Shown in pieces: positions 39,821 to 48,587 of a stretch of DNA of 64,000 bases (position 1 is the stretch's first letter; every line of letters begins with the position of its first letter). A program made the translations under genes and the position numbers. The stretch is from NCBI GenBank assembly GCA_963807605.1, contig CAWECG010000001.1:96001-160000 (forward strand), in the 5' to 3' direction. This stretch comes from Candidatus Bathyarchaeota archaeon. GTDB taxonomy: Archaea; Thermoproteota; Bathyarchaeia; 40CM-2-53-6; RBG-13-38-9. The notes beneath the pieces are model-generated. The model had not been told where the DNA came from, did not search any database, and saw only the letters and a list, made by a program, of their open reading frames with translations.

Positions 39821-40645
39821 TCATTTTGATTGGTTCCCGATGACTGTAAGTTTGCCACTTTTGCCAACACTCACCTGCAGTTCTCCTTTGAACGCTTTTA
39901 CTCTTCCGTTCTCAATGTGAACAGTATCACCGATCGAGACCAAACCTATTTGGGCGTTCCAAAATGGAAACTTGATGGACCCAGTGCCATCAGAGATTGT
40001 TGAGTTTGATACACCGAGAGGGTTACCCCCGTACCTCGAGAAGACCGTCCTCGCGATTGGTTTCTCAACGACCCGGGCTTTCAGATTGACCCATTTGACT
40101 CCCGAATTTACATCTTTGACTTTCATGTCTACAGGTATCGCCTTTTCAATTTTGTTGAGTGTCGTGTATTCGTTCCATGGAGGGCTTTCAAGGTCAATTT
40201 CCGGCAGATGCTTCAACGTTGCCCCGGTAAGGCGTAGTTGAGTGATTACCTTTTGATCTTGTGTTACGAGAAAGACACCGTCATCCTTTGTCTTTTCGCG
40301 GCATTGGATCGATATATCCTTGTACGACGATCTCTCATGCGTCCACGCATCGAAGAAGCATTCAAAAAATTTGTGCGGGTCAAGCCCGTATTTCTTCGAA
40401 ACATAGAACAAGTACAAGATGTGTGTCATATCAGGCTTAAATTGCCGTTGGCCACGGGGTCTACCCCGTCCATAGTGCAACATCTCTCTTCGTAGAACAT
40501 GTAAGCCTGTCAACAAGATCAGGTTATTGTGAGTTGCCTTGCTCTTTAACATTTGATCATCAGCTAGCGCGTGGTTACTGAGGAATCTGGATGCGACGGA
40601 TACTTTGCTAAGCCCTTCACTCTGAAGATCTTTGGTAGAGGTCAA
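39821..40645 (-). CDS. OB-fold single-stranded DNA-binding (SSB/RPA-like) protein with unknown N-terminal domain
   Basis: C-terminal MKVKDV..VNLKARVVE..ISDGTGSIKFPFWNAQ..GDTVHIENG..FKGELQVSVGK. Confidence 0.75.
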   Translation of the reverse strand: MTSTKDLQSEGLSKVSVASRFLSNHALADDQMLKSKATHNNLILLTGLHVLRREMLHYGRGRPRGQRQFKPDMTHILYLFYVSKKYGLDPHKFFECFFDAWTHERSSYKDISIQCREKTKDDGVFLVTQDQKVITQLRLTGATLKHLPEIDLESPPWNEYTTLNKIEKAIPVDMKVKDVNSGVKWVNLKARVVEKPIARTVFSRYGGNPLGVSNSTISDGTGSIKFPFWNAQIGLVSIGDTVHIENGRVKAFKGELQVSVGKSGKLTVIGNQSK

Positions 40646-40701
40646 GAGGTATCTTAAGAGATACTGAGCCTCTTCTCCGTCTCCTCAACGTTGTTAAGAA
40701 G

Positions 40702-41343
40702 GTGCTGTATATGGTGACTGACGAATTCTATCGATGGAGTTGTGAAATCTCGGCAAAGGAGAAGGCAGTCGTAACTATACAGAATGTTGTCGCCACGGCA
40801 AATCTAAAACAACGCTTAGACCTAGATATCATTGCGCGATTATTTCCTGGAACTGAGTATCGACCAGAACAATTTCCAGGGCTTGTTTTCAGATTGAAGA
40901 AACCGAAGACTGCGACACTCCTTTTCAGCTCTGGAAAGATGGTTTGCACTGGCTCTAAATCGGAACGACAAGCGAGGAAGGTAGTGTCAACTATTCTGAA
41001 TGAACTCAAAAGGAATAAAATTGTTATTGTTGGCAAACCTAGCATTCAGGTACAGAACATTGTATCTTCAGGCGGACTAGGCGGCTCAATAGATCTAGAG
41101 AAGACGACTTATTCACTGACGAAGACGATGTATGAACCTGAGCAATTTCCCGGCTTGATTTACCGGATGGATGAACCGAAAGTGGTTATGCTCCTCTTCG
41201 CAAGCGGTAACTTCGTCTGCACCGGGGCGAAGAAGGAAGAAGAAGTTCACCGCGCTGTAACCACACTTCAAGAGACGCTTGAGAAGAAGGAGCTCATTGA
41301 CTATAAGCAGACAGATAAAATAGTCTACTCAAATACCACATAA
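40702..41343 (+). CDS. tbp: TATA-box-binding protein
   Basis: Two repeats NVVA/NIVS...YxPEQFPGL...LLFxSGxxVCTG. Confidence 0.95.
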   Translation: MLYMVTDEFYRWSCEISAKEKAVVTIQNVVATANLKQRLDLDIIARLFPGTEYRPEQFPGLVFRLKKPKTATLLFSSGKMVCTGSKSERQARKVVSTILNELKRNKIVIVGKPSIQVQNIVSSGGLGGSIDLEKTTYSLTKTMYEPEQFPGLIYRMDEPKVVMLLFASGNFVCTGAKKEEEVHRAVTTLQETLEKKELIDYKQTDKIVYSNTT

Positions 41344-41360
41344 CTTCTCGAGCGTACCCG

Positions 41361-41645
41361 TCAAAGGGATTTTGAAAGAGTTATCTCGATGGTTGAGACC
41401 GACCTCGTGCCGCCTTCCTCCCTGGGCATCTCTTCTGTCCCAAGACTCACGCGTTCAACCTTGAGGTTTTTCATGAACCTACGTCTGGTTATTTCCGCGA
41501 CGTCAACTGCGGTTGATATGGCCTGACCTCTGGCTTTGAGGTTTACTTCTTTTGTCTCTCCTCTACCAATGATGGCCATCACGGACAACACATAGTCCAT
41601 GGGCGGGTTTCGTCCTATGAATACAGTGTTAGGTTCCTTAGACAA
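41361..41645 (-). CDS. albA: DNA/RNA-binding protein Alba
   Basis: VFIGRNPPMDYV, LKARGQAISTAVDVAE and VSTIEITL motifs. Confidence 0.92.
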   Translation of the reverse strand: MSKEPNTVFIGRNPPMDYVLSVMAIIGRGETKEVNLKARGQAISTAVDVAEITRRRFMKNLKVERVSLGTEEMPREEGGTRSVSTIEITLSKSL

Positions 41646-41844
41646 GATATCACCAAGCATTTCATGCGTGTTAACGTGCGAACACACATATAAGCACTTA
41701 ACCACTTTCAGACGGTCCCGTAATGTTCCTTAATTGTTAGCGCGCTTGTCTCAGATTTCATCCTAGAAATGTCCGCGTGGATGTCCACGCCGAAACCAGT
41801 ATCCACGTGACCGCACAAAACAGCCAGTTATCTATATCCCCCCT

Positions 41845-41975
41845 TAGCTGGTGAGCACACACACAATCAATGCCCAACGGTTCAATTTACGATGCTCTCA
41901 CCAAGGGACACACACACAAAACAAAGCCTAGCGGTTCAAATTAGGGTGCTCTCACCAGCTATGGCACACACAATT
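41845..41975. repeat. Island repeat copies 3-5
   Basis: Inverted copy 41845-41867; direct copies 41879-41921 and 41933-41975. Confidence 0.8.
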
Positions 41976-43041
41976 CATTCCCCTCATGTTGGGAGAAGAA
42001 TCTCGCAAACCCTCTCTTTATCTTACGGATGACTCGCTACGCTCGCCAAAATATGAGTTCTATGACGATACTATGCACCTATGGAGAAGGCCAATATTTC
42101 CAGTAGATTCTTGGAGTCTGCCTTAGAAGTGGATAAGAAAGCTCCAAGATTCAGTCAAAAAAAGGCAAGACTGTAGAAAGGCTTTTTAAAATATGCATTG
42201 CACACCACTTTCATTGGGTTCAATAGTATCAGTGACATCCCTTGTCCAAGAATATGACGATTCCTGATTGGGTAAGAGTTCTAAGAGTCATGGTGGGTTG
42301 GATCGCAATCGTGGCCTCAGTAGTCGTCCTCGCTTGGCCAGGCCTTGCAATCTTCACCCTTCTTTTCCTCCTTTCATTCGCCCTGCTCTTTTTGGGTGTC
42401 GCTAGAATTGCTCATAGTTTCGCAGCTAAACTGTGGTCGAAAGGGCACCGCGCACTTCACGCAGTTGCTGGTGTTCTGGCGCTCATCCTAGGAGTACTAG
42501 TCCTTGCATTTCCTGGGCTTGGCATTGCTACTCTAGTCTTCTTACTCGCTTTTGCGCTACTAGCTTATGGTATTGTAAGCTTGGTGATAGGTGGATCTGC
42601 CGTTGCAGGTCTCTTATCAAAATTCGTGAGGGCGCTTCTCATCATAGTTGGTTCGCTCAGCATCATTTTCTCGCTCTTAGTCATTGTGTTCCCGGCGGTC
42701 GGACTCGTATCACTAGTGATAATGCTTTCGGTTTCATTTCTCCTGAACGGTATTGAGAGCATAATTTCAGGAATTAAGTGAACGAGTCAGGAACCCGCAG
42801 AAACTGCGATTGAACAATGTGAAGTATCTTGCTTGGCAACAGAGTAGAAATCCCACCGATCTTGATTGTCGCCAAACACCTCTCATTTTTTTTGCGCGGG
42901 CTGTAGACCAGTCATCACGAAGAAACGGTTTCCAGTCTATCATGTTTAATCCTCCGAGCGTAACGAGCCATTCTTCAGAATAAAGAAGGGGTTTGGGGAA
43001 TTCTTCCCCAACATGAGGGGGAGGAATAATTGTGTGTGTGC
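41964..43041. mobile_element. Putative non-autonomous cassette with ~60-bp imperfect inverted ends, carrying the DUF308 gene
   Basis: 41964-42022 is the approximate reverse complement of 42978-43041; flanked on both sides by TCACC(A/C)GCTATG. Confidence 0.5.
42242..42781 (+). CDS. HdeD/DUF308 family membrane protein
   Basis: Repeated G-x-x-x-I..LxxPG TM hairpins. Confidence 0.8.
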   Translation: MSKNMTIPDWVRVLRVMVGWIAIVASVVVLAWPGLAIFTLLFLLSFALLFLGVARIAHSFAAKLWSKGHRALHAVAGVLALILGVLVLAFPGLGIATLVFLLAFALLAYGIVSLVIGGSAVAGLLSKFVRALLIIVGSLSIIFSLLVIVFPAVGLVSLVIMLSVSFLLNGIESIISGIK

Positions 43042-43065
43042 TCACCCGCTATGGCACACACAATT
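43028..43065 (+). repeat. Island repeat copy 6 (palindromic form)
   Basis: AATTGTGTGTGTGC-TCACCCGCTATG-GCACACACAATT. Confidence 0.8.
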
Positions 43066-43224
43066 CAACGCTGCTCGCTCCGCTCGCAGAATTCCTAGGA
43101 GGGGGATGTATTTTGACCATAGAATAAGGTTGAAGAGGCGCTCGAGAAGCAATCCTGATGGAAAATCACGTTCGTGAGATTGAATATGAAAAAAGGTGGT
43201 TCCTGCTCTATGAAGAGCGGGAGT

Positions 43225-43431
43225 TTACTCTTTCTTTCCGAACATGCTGCCGAGTTTGCTGGCAACTCCTCCGGTGGGGGTTCCGCCAGCTAGCACAGCG
43301 TCAATCTGACTCGCAACTGGAGCTGGAAGTTTACTCTTGAGCACGCCTGCGACGGCATCAATAGCACTCTTAGCTTGCGCCTCTGACAAACCGGTTTTCT
43401 GAGCGACGGCTGAAACAATAGCGCTTGACAT
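43225..43431 (-). CDS. Small hypothetical protein (DUF2267-like)
   Basis: VAQKTGLSEAQAKSAIDAV..LKSKLPAPVASQID pattern; RBS GGAGGTG. Confidence 0.65.
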   Translation of the reverse strand: MSSAIVSAVAQKTGLSEAQAKSAIDAVAGVLKSKLPAPVASQIDAVLAGGTPTGGVASKLGSMFGKKE

Positions 43432-43541
43432 ACATTCACCTCCAGTGTCTATGTTTGCATGAAGAAGAGAATCGCTATTTAAAGATGTGCGCACAACTCG
43501 CGCGCGTAAGTGTTAAAAACAGTGTGACCTATCTTTAAACT

Positions 43542-44123
43542 ATGTCATCTATTGTTGGAAATCTGATGCAACAAGTAGCGACAGGAGATAACCTGTCCGC
43601 CATTACCAAGTCGGTCGGTGGAGATAATCAGAAAGGGGTTCAATCTGCCCTGAGCATGGCTTTGCCCCTGCTCATGGGTTCCATGGCGAACAGCGCATCA
43701 ACGCCAGGCGGAGCTGGCATGCTCACAAATATGCTGGGACAAATGGGGGGCAGCAATCCCGCGGACAACCTCGGGAGTTATCTAAGCAACCCTCAAGCAG
43801 CGGGTGGGTCAGGTATGCTGAACACGCTGCTCGGGAGCAAGATGGGTACCATCCAGAACGCAATCTCGCAGAAGACCGGACTCCCCCCTGCAGTGGTCGG
43901 CAAGGTACTCGTCATAGCGATGCCAATGGTCATGGGCTACGTCGGCAAGATGTTCACAGGACAGAAGGTGGACCAGAATAGCCTCTCCAATCTTCTTGGG
44001 CAGCAGTCGAAGATGGCCATGCAGTCTTCACCCGAAGCCGCCAATATGGCAAAACAGCTCCTCGCCACGAAAGAGGAGAGCGGGGGCATCATGGGCATGC
44101 TGAAGAAGTTGCTCGGAAGTTAA
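43542..44123 (+). CDS. DUF937 family protein
   Basis: ALPLLMGSM, GSGMLNTLLG, ISQKTGL and LVIAMPMVMG motifs. Confidence 0.75.
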   Translation: MSSIVGNLMQQVATGDNLSAITKSVGGDNQKGVQSALSMALPLLMGSMANSASTPGGAGMLTNMLGQMGGSNPADNLGSYLSNPQAAGGSGMLNTLLGSKMGTIQNAISQKTGLPPAVVGKVLVIAMPMVMGYVGKMFTGQKVDQNSLSNLLGQQSKMAMQSSPEAANMAKQLLATKEESGGIMGMLKKLLGS

Positions 44124-44422
44124 CCCAGTTCAGGAAATACCCCCATCCTTTTTTCTTTGTTTCTTTCCGATTTCGCCGCTGTAGTGTGATGTTGCTCTCA
44201 TTGAATTCTTATTTTTTATAAGAATACGCCGTGACGTTTTCACATCACGAGTTCTCATAATATTACTCTTCGTATAATCGAAAAATCTCACGTTCCCCTG
44301 AAATCTAACTCCTCAACTCCCTCCTACACGCCGCTAACTTAATCAGGGCGGCGGGGGCGGCGCATCATTAGTACCACACAAAAAAACTTAAGTGAATTAT
44401 CAAGAGAATAACGAAAAGAGAG

Positions 44423-44674
44423 GTGATTGTGTTGGCTAAAGTGAAGAAGCGTTCGGAGGAGTTTGACAAGGCTAAGCTAAAAACTTCTTTGAAGAAGGCT
44501 GGAGCCAAAGAGGAACATGCAACAAAAGTTGCCGATAAGATTGCAGACAAAGTAAAAGATGGAACCACAACTGTAAAGATTTGGGAGTGGACTATAACAG
44601 AACTCAAACCATTAGATCCGAAGGCTGCAGAAGCATACCGAACTTACAAGAAACCGAAGCGGTCAACTAGCTAG
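44423..44674 (+). CDS. Stand-alone ATP-cone domain protein
   Basis: VKKRSEEFDKAKLKTSLKKAG...TTVKIWEW...AAEAY. Confidence 0.7.
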   Translation: MIVLAKVKKRSEEFDKAKLKTSLKKAGAKEEHATKVADKIADKVKDGTTTVKIWEWTITELKPLDPKAAEAYRTYKKPKRSTS

Positions 44675-44813
44675 ATACTGCCAAGGTGGATCAGCATAAG
44701 TAATTAAGTCTCCCGGTGGAGTGGGGCTATATGATTTTGCGCTGGCTCCGCTCCCTTCTCCCTAATGCGCTTAAGTACCTCTGTGCGCGTTGGTAGGGCA
44801 TCTTCCCCCTATT

Positions 44814-44906
44814 GGTTCAAAATGCGTTGCTCGCACCACTAGACCCACCACCACCAAAAATCACGGGTTCAAATTGCGATGCTCTCACCAGCTATAGCAC
44901 ACACAC
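44814..44906 (+). repeat. Island repeat copies 7-8
   Basis: GGTTCAAAATGCGTTGCTCGCACCA at 44814; GGTTCAAATTGCGATGCTCTCACCAGCTATAGCACACAC at 44866. Confidence 0.8.
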
Positions 44907-45066
44907 CGAGGCTCGCAGGGGATTTGATTGAACTCGCAGGACCACCGAACCAGCTTGTTCCAAAAGACCTCCAACGACAGACCCCACCCGAAAACCAACA
45001 ACAACCAACAAGAAGCTTTAATACGATTGTCCGAGCAACACCCTTAGTACCGGGTGCGTTTTTCTA

Positions 45067-45489
45067 TTGACCGTTCTGAAGGCTTCCGGTAAAAATTTGA
45101 GATTGTCAACTGTTTTCCTATTCCTCACCCTACTCACTTCACTGTTCTTTTTGGAGAGTGGGGTTGTGAATGTCGCTGCCTCCCCAACAGATTGGACCAT
45201 GTTCCATCAAAACCTCACTCATACTGGATTAACACCGGATGTTGTAACACCACCACTTAACGTGGCCTGGAACTACACAACAGGCTGGGTTGTCTCTTCT
45301 TCTCCTGCTGTTTCCGGGGGTTTCGTTTACGTAGGCTCAGGCTCAGGGGTTGATAAAGTGTATGGGTTTGCGAGCGCAACGCCGATTCCAGAGTATCCCA
45401 TATACATCTTTCCACTCGTGGCCTCGCTCACAGTCGCCATGCTTGCGCTAAGGCGTACTCGCTTCAAATCCCACGAACCGATGCAGTAA
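45067..45489 (+). CDS. Secreted PQQ-type beta-propeller fragment with PEF-CTERM-like sorting signal
   Basis: Signal peptide; DWTMFHQNLTHTG; a single SSPAV..VYVGS blade; IPEYP + TM helix + RRTRFK. Confidence 0.65.
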   Translation: MTVLKASGKNLRLSTVFLFLTLLTSLFFLESGVVNVAASPTDWTMFHQNLTHTGLTPDVVTPPLNVAWNYTTGWVVSSSPAVSGGFVYVGSGSGVDKVYGFASATPIPEYPIYIFPLVASLTVAMLALRRTRFKSHEPMQ

Positions 45490-45877
45490 AATCGCGAAAG
45501 GCAACGCCTCCTATCTGATGAAGAGAATAAACTTTTGACGTAAAGTCTTCCAGCGCTAGGACGCGCGCGCTTGCCCAGATAAGTAAGCAGGAAAGGCTCA
45601 TCGACTCCTTTCTCTTTGAGATGCTTGACCAAGCCGTATCCGTCACGGTTGAAGTTCACAAATCTCTCTTTATCCATCAAACCCATCCAAAGGACTTTTC
45701 TCAAAGAAGTATTACTGTCCTGAACATCAACCAAGAGACTAGTTTTGACGGATTAGAAGCTGTTCGGCTATTTGGATCGGCTGCGTCAGAACGCCCAGAT
45801 CTTAGATGAAGCCGTAGTGAATGCTCAGAAAATGGTGAGGCTTGAGGTTGGTCCATCTTTCTTGCTGTCTCGAACAG

Positions 45878-46840
45878 TCAATCTTCAAGCTGTGGCCGTA
45901 GCAGTGATCCGAGTTCGATAACCTCCGCATTTGGGTTTAGTGTTCGATCCAACACTACTATTCGGTTGTGGTTGTAGCGACCATTCGCGAGTCTCTGAAG
46001 AATAATTGACTCAGCCTTGCCACGACCGATGTAGGTGCCTGCAGAGTAATGCAGACTAAATCCGACAAGGACTATGAGAGCATAATGGTAAGAAATAGGT
46101 GCCTCTGCCCAGAGAACTTTGTAGAAGATTCCTAGCAGAGTGACCAGTATGTTGAGACCGATAATCGATCCGAATACAGCGGTTAGAAGAGTTGAGTGGA
46201 ATGGTCCTGAATTGATGCCGATGATCTTGAAGCGCCTGAAATATGGAAGGGCAATCGAAGGGACCAGGCCCGAGATCATGGTGACCACGATCAACCCCGG
46301 TGTCAGCGTGAGTGAAAATAGCACACCGGTCCCACGGTTAGGAATAGCAAAGAAGTTCAATGTATGCAGTAAAAACCGTAGCATACCAGGCTTTGTACTT
46401 AAGGTCCTTGCCAGGTCAACACTGTAGATGTCCCATCCTAGGGCAATCGACGTGAAGAACAATATTAATGGCAGGTAGACTATCTGAGATTTCTGGATGA
46501 GGGCCCTCATCTTTCCGGGTTGCAAGAGTTTTTCCTCCTTAGGTCTGATCACCTGCTTCGTCTTAGTGAGCCTCCCAAGCAATCCAACTATCCCTAACGA
46601 GCATTTGCCTCCGAGGAGTATGATTGACGCATAACCCAGCCCTATGACCAGAAGCCCTACTGTTGACGTAAAGAGTGCGACTGCAAATGGATCAAGACCA
46701 ACATGTGTGAGCTGGGGGATTGAGAACGTTGAAACCGCAGCGACAGAATACGCAACGAATCCTAGGATCAGTGGTGCAGCCGCATCGATGACCGATTCAC
46801 GTTCGGTAAATCTTCCCTTGTTCTCAGCTTGTTCAACCAT
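45878..46840 (-). CDS. Hypothetical multi-pass membrane protein
   Basis: 320-aa ORF with about six hydrophobic segments; no family recognised. Confidence 0.6.
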   Translation of the reverse strand: MVEQAENKGRFTERESVIDAAAPLILGFVAYSVAAVSTFSIPQLTHVGLDPFAVALFTSTVGLLVIGLGYASIILLGGKCSLGIVGLLGRLTKTKQVIRPKEEKLLQPGKMRALIQKSQIVYLPLILFFTSIALGWDIYSVDLARTLSTKPGMLRFLLHTLNFFAIPNRGTGVLFSLTLTPGLIVVTMISGLVPSIALPYFRRFKIIGINSGPFHSTLLTAVFGSIIGLNILVTLLGIFYKVLWAEAPISYHYALIVLVGFSLHYSAGTYIGRGKAESIILQRLANGRYNHNRIVVLDRTLNPNAEVIELGSLLRPQLED

Positions 46841-47335
46841 TCACGGAGTCATCTCTCTTAATCCATCTGGACGCCCAGTCGATAGCATTCTTCAGGACGC
46901 CTGGAATAGAATAATTGTATTCAGGTGTTGCGATTATTTATATATGCCAGTAAAATGACGCTATGAAAAACGCTTTCTGAACTTGGGTCAGAATAGATGT
47001 TTCTGCTGGCCAGACCCGTCCGCACCATGCTCCCTTGAGAGCGATCATTGACTGGGTTACTAGCACGCGCCTTTAACCGTGACCAAACTCTTCGAGGTAT
47101 TCTTAGGCATAATCTCAAGGAGATAATCATCGATCAAATTCCGAATCTCAATCGGCTTCATCTCACAAACGCGAGACCAAGCCAACTGCTTCTCTATGAG
47201 TCACCTCTCAAAAAGACCCCAGACACTTTTATATGATGGACTTCGACTGTAACGCCGCAACCAAACATCAGGCGAATCCGTACATAGAAATACAGTCTCC
47301 AAAGTATCTGAAAATGACAAATGTGTCAAGATTAA

Positions 47336-47755
47336 GTGGTTATGTTGCCCTACCGGGTGGTCCTAGACTCAAATTTCCTTATTCTACCTCTCACGCTCAG
47401 GCTGGACATCTTCTCAGAGATTGAGAGGCTTCTATCTGGACGAGTAGAGTTTCTCGTCGTCAGCTCTGTCAGAAAGGAACTTGAGAAACTCTCGTCAAAA
47501 AATAGTGAAATTGGCAGAAGGGCAGCATTCGCCTTAAAGCTTCTGGATAGGTGCATCTATGTCAACCTGGATCTGGAACAACGAACGACGGTTGATGAGA
47601 CACTCGTTGAATTTGCACGGCAGAATAAGGTTATAGTAGCAACTTCAGATATGCCCCTCAGAAAGAAACTAAGAGATATAAACGTGCCAGTAATCTATGT
47701 AAGAGACTATTCCCGGCTCGAACTTGAAGGATTTCCCATCAAGAATGGAGATTAG
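47336..47755 (+). CDS. PIN-domain protein (Fcf1/Utp24-like)
   Basis: VVLDSNFL, VRKELEKL, VDE and VATSD motifs; conserved position before rpoE1. Confidence 0.88.
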   Translation: MVMLPYRVVLDSNFLILPLTLRLDIFSEIERLLSGRVEFLVVSSVRKELEKLSSKNSEIGRRAAFALKLLDRCIYVNLDLEQRTTVDETLVEFARQNKVIVATSDMPLRKKLRDINVPVIYVRDYSRLELEGFPIKNGD

Positions 47756-47789
47756 CTAGACAAATCGACATAAAGGCTTGAGTTTCTTA

Positions 47790-48350
47790 ATGTTCAAACT
47801 ACTGATGATGGAGGACATTGTTAGAATTCCTCCAGAGAAATTCGGTGGCACGATACGAAAGGTTGCCAAAGAGCAGGTAAGGCTCAGATACGAGAACATG
47901 ATAGATGAGGAGTTAGGATACGTCGTTTACGTTGTCGATGTAGACGTAGAACCTGTGGGTAAAATACTTCCAGGTGACGGTTCGACTTATCACAAGGCCA
48001 AATTCCAAATTCTGACATATTACCCAGAGTTGCAGGAAATTGTTGAGGGCGAGGTTGTAGAGGTTACAGACTTCGGCGCCTTCGTCAGAATAGGTCCAGA
48101 GGATGCTTTAGTCCATGTCTCTCAGATAATTGACGACTTCATAACGTACGACGAGAAACACGGAGTCCTGTCAGGAAAAGAGACCCACCGCACACTTGGG
48201 AAAGGTGACCGGGTTAGGGCTAGGATAATAGCTGTGAGTTTCCCAAGAGGCGGCGTCAGCGGCAAGATAGGCCTGACTATGCGCCAACCTTTCCTAGGGA
48301 GGCTCGACTGGATCGAAGAGGAGATCAAGAAGGAAAAAGGAGTAGGTTAA
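47790..48350 (+). CDS. rpoE1: RNA polymerase subunit E' (Rpo7)
   Basis: VRIPP, GDGSTYH, FGAFVRIGP and IGLTMRQPFLG motifs. Confidence 0.96.
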   Translation: MFKLLMMEDIVRIPPEKFGGTIRKVAKEQVRLRYENMIDEELGYVVYVVDVDVEPVGKILPGDGSTYHKAKFQILTYYPELQEIVEGEVVEVTDFGAFVRIGPEDALVHVSQIIDDFITYDEKHGVLSGKETHRTLGKGDRVRARIIAVSFPRGGVSGKIGLTMRQPFLGRLDWIEEEIKKEKGVG

Positions 48351-48351
48351 A

Positions 48352-48540
48352 CTGGCGAAAGAGAAGGCATGCAAGAGTTGTCATTTCATAAGTATGGGTA
48401 ACATCTGCCCAAGCTGCAAATCTTCCAACCTTAGCGAAGACTGGTCAGGGCTGATTTTAGTCGTCGATTTAGAAAAGTCAGAGATTGGCAAGAAGATCGG
48501 CGCCAAGAGCCCCGGAAAATACGCGATCCGCGTGCGGTGA
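48352..48540 (+). CDS. spt4: Transcription elongation factor Spt4 (RpoE''), CTG start
   Basis: Manual translation (M)AKEKACKSCH...CPSC...LSEDWSG...PGKYAIRVR; absent from the ORF track. Confidence 0.93.
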   Translation: MAKEKACKSCHFISMGNICPSCKSSNLSEDWSGLILVVDLEKSEIGKKIGAKSPGKYAIRVR

Positions 48541-48587
48541 ATCTTAATTAGTTTTCCATTCTTATTTGTGCCAGAGATGGCATAAAC

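Larger units (their letters stand above)
35880..47330. other. Accessory genomic island between aIF2-gamma and PIN/rpoE1
   Basis: Interrupts a usually adjacent gene pair; low coding density, gene fragments, repeats and paralogs of core genes; boundaries approximate. Confidence 0.7.

Noticed and set aside
41825-41845. TATATCCCCCC next to a repeat core as a casposon terminal repeat
   Set aside because: Only a short recalled resemblance; there is no matching opposite end, Cas1-solo or PolB in the window.
39112-44906. GGTTCAAAT...CACCA repeats as tRNA genes
   Set aside because: No D-arm, anticodon arm or acceptor-stem pairing upstream, and the T-stem is not maintained across copies.
39100-44906. 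Island repeats as a CRISPR array or canonical integron attC sites
   Set aside because: Spacing is irregular (tens of bp to kb) and there are no cas genes. An RYYYAAC-like box precedes two copies, but no closing GTTRRRY or long attC hairpin was found.
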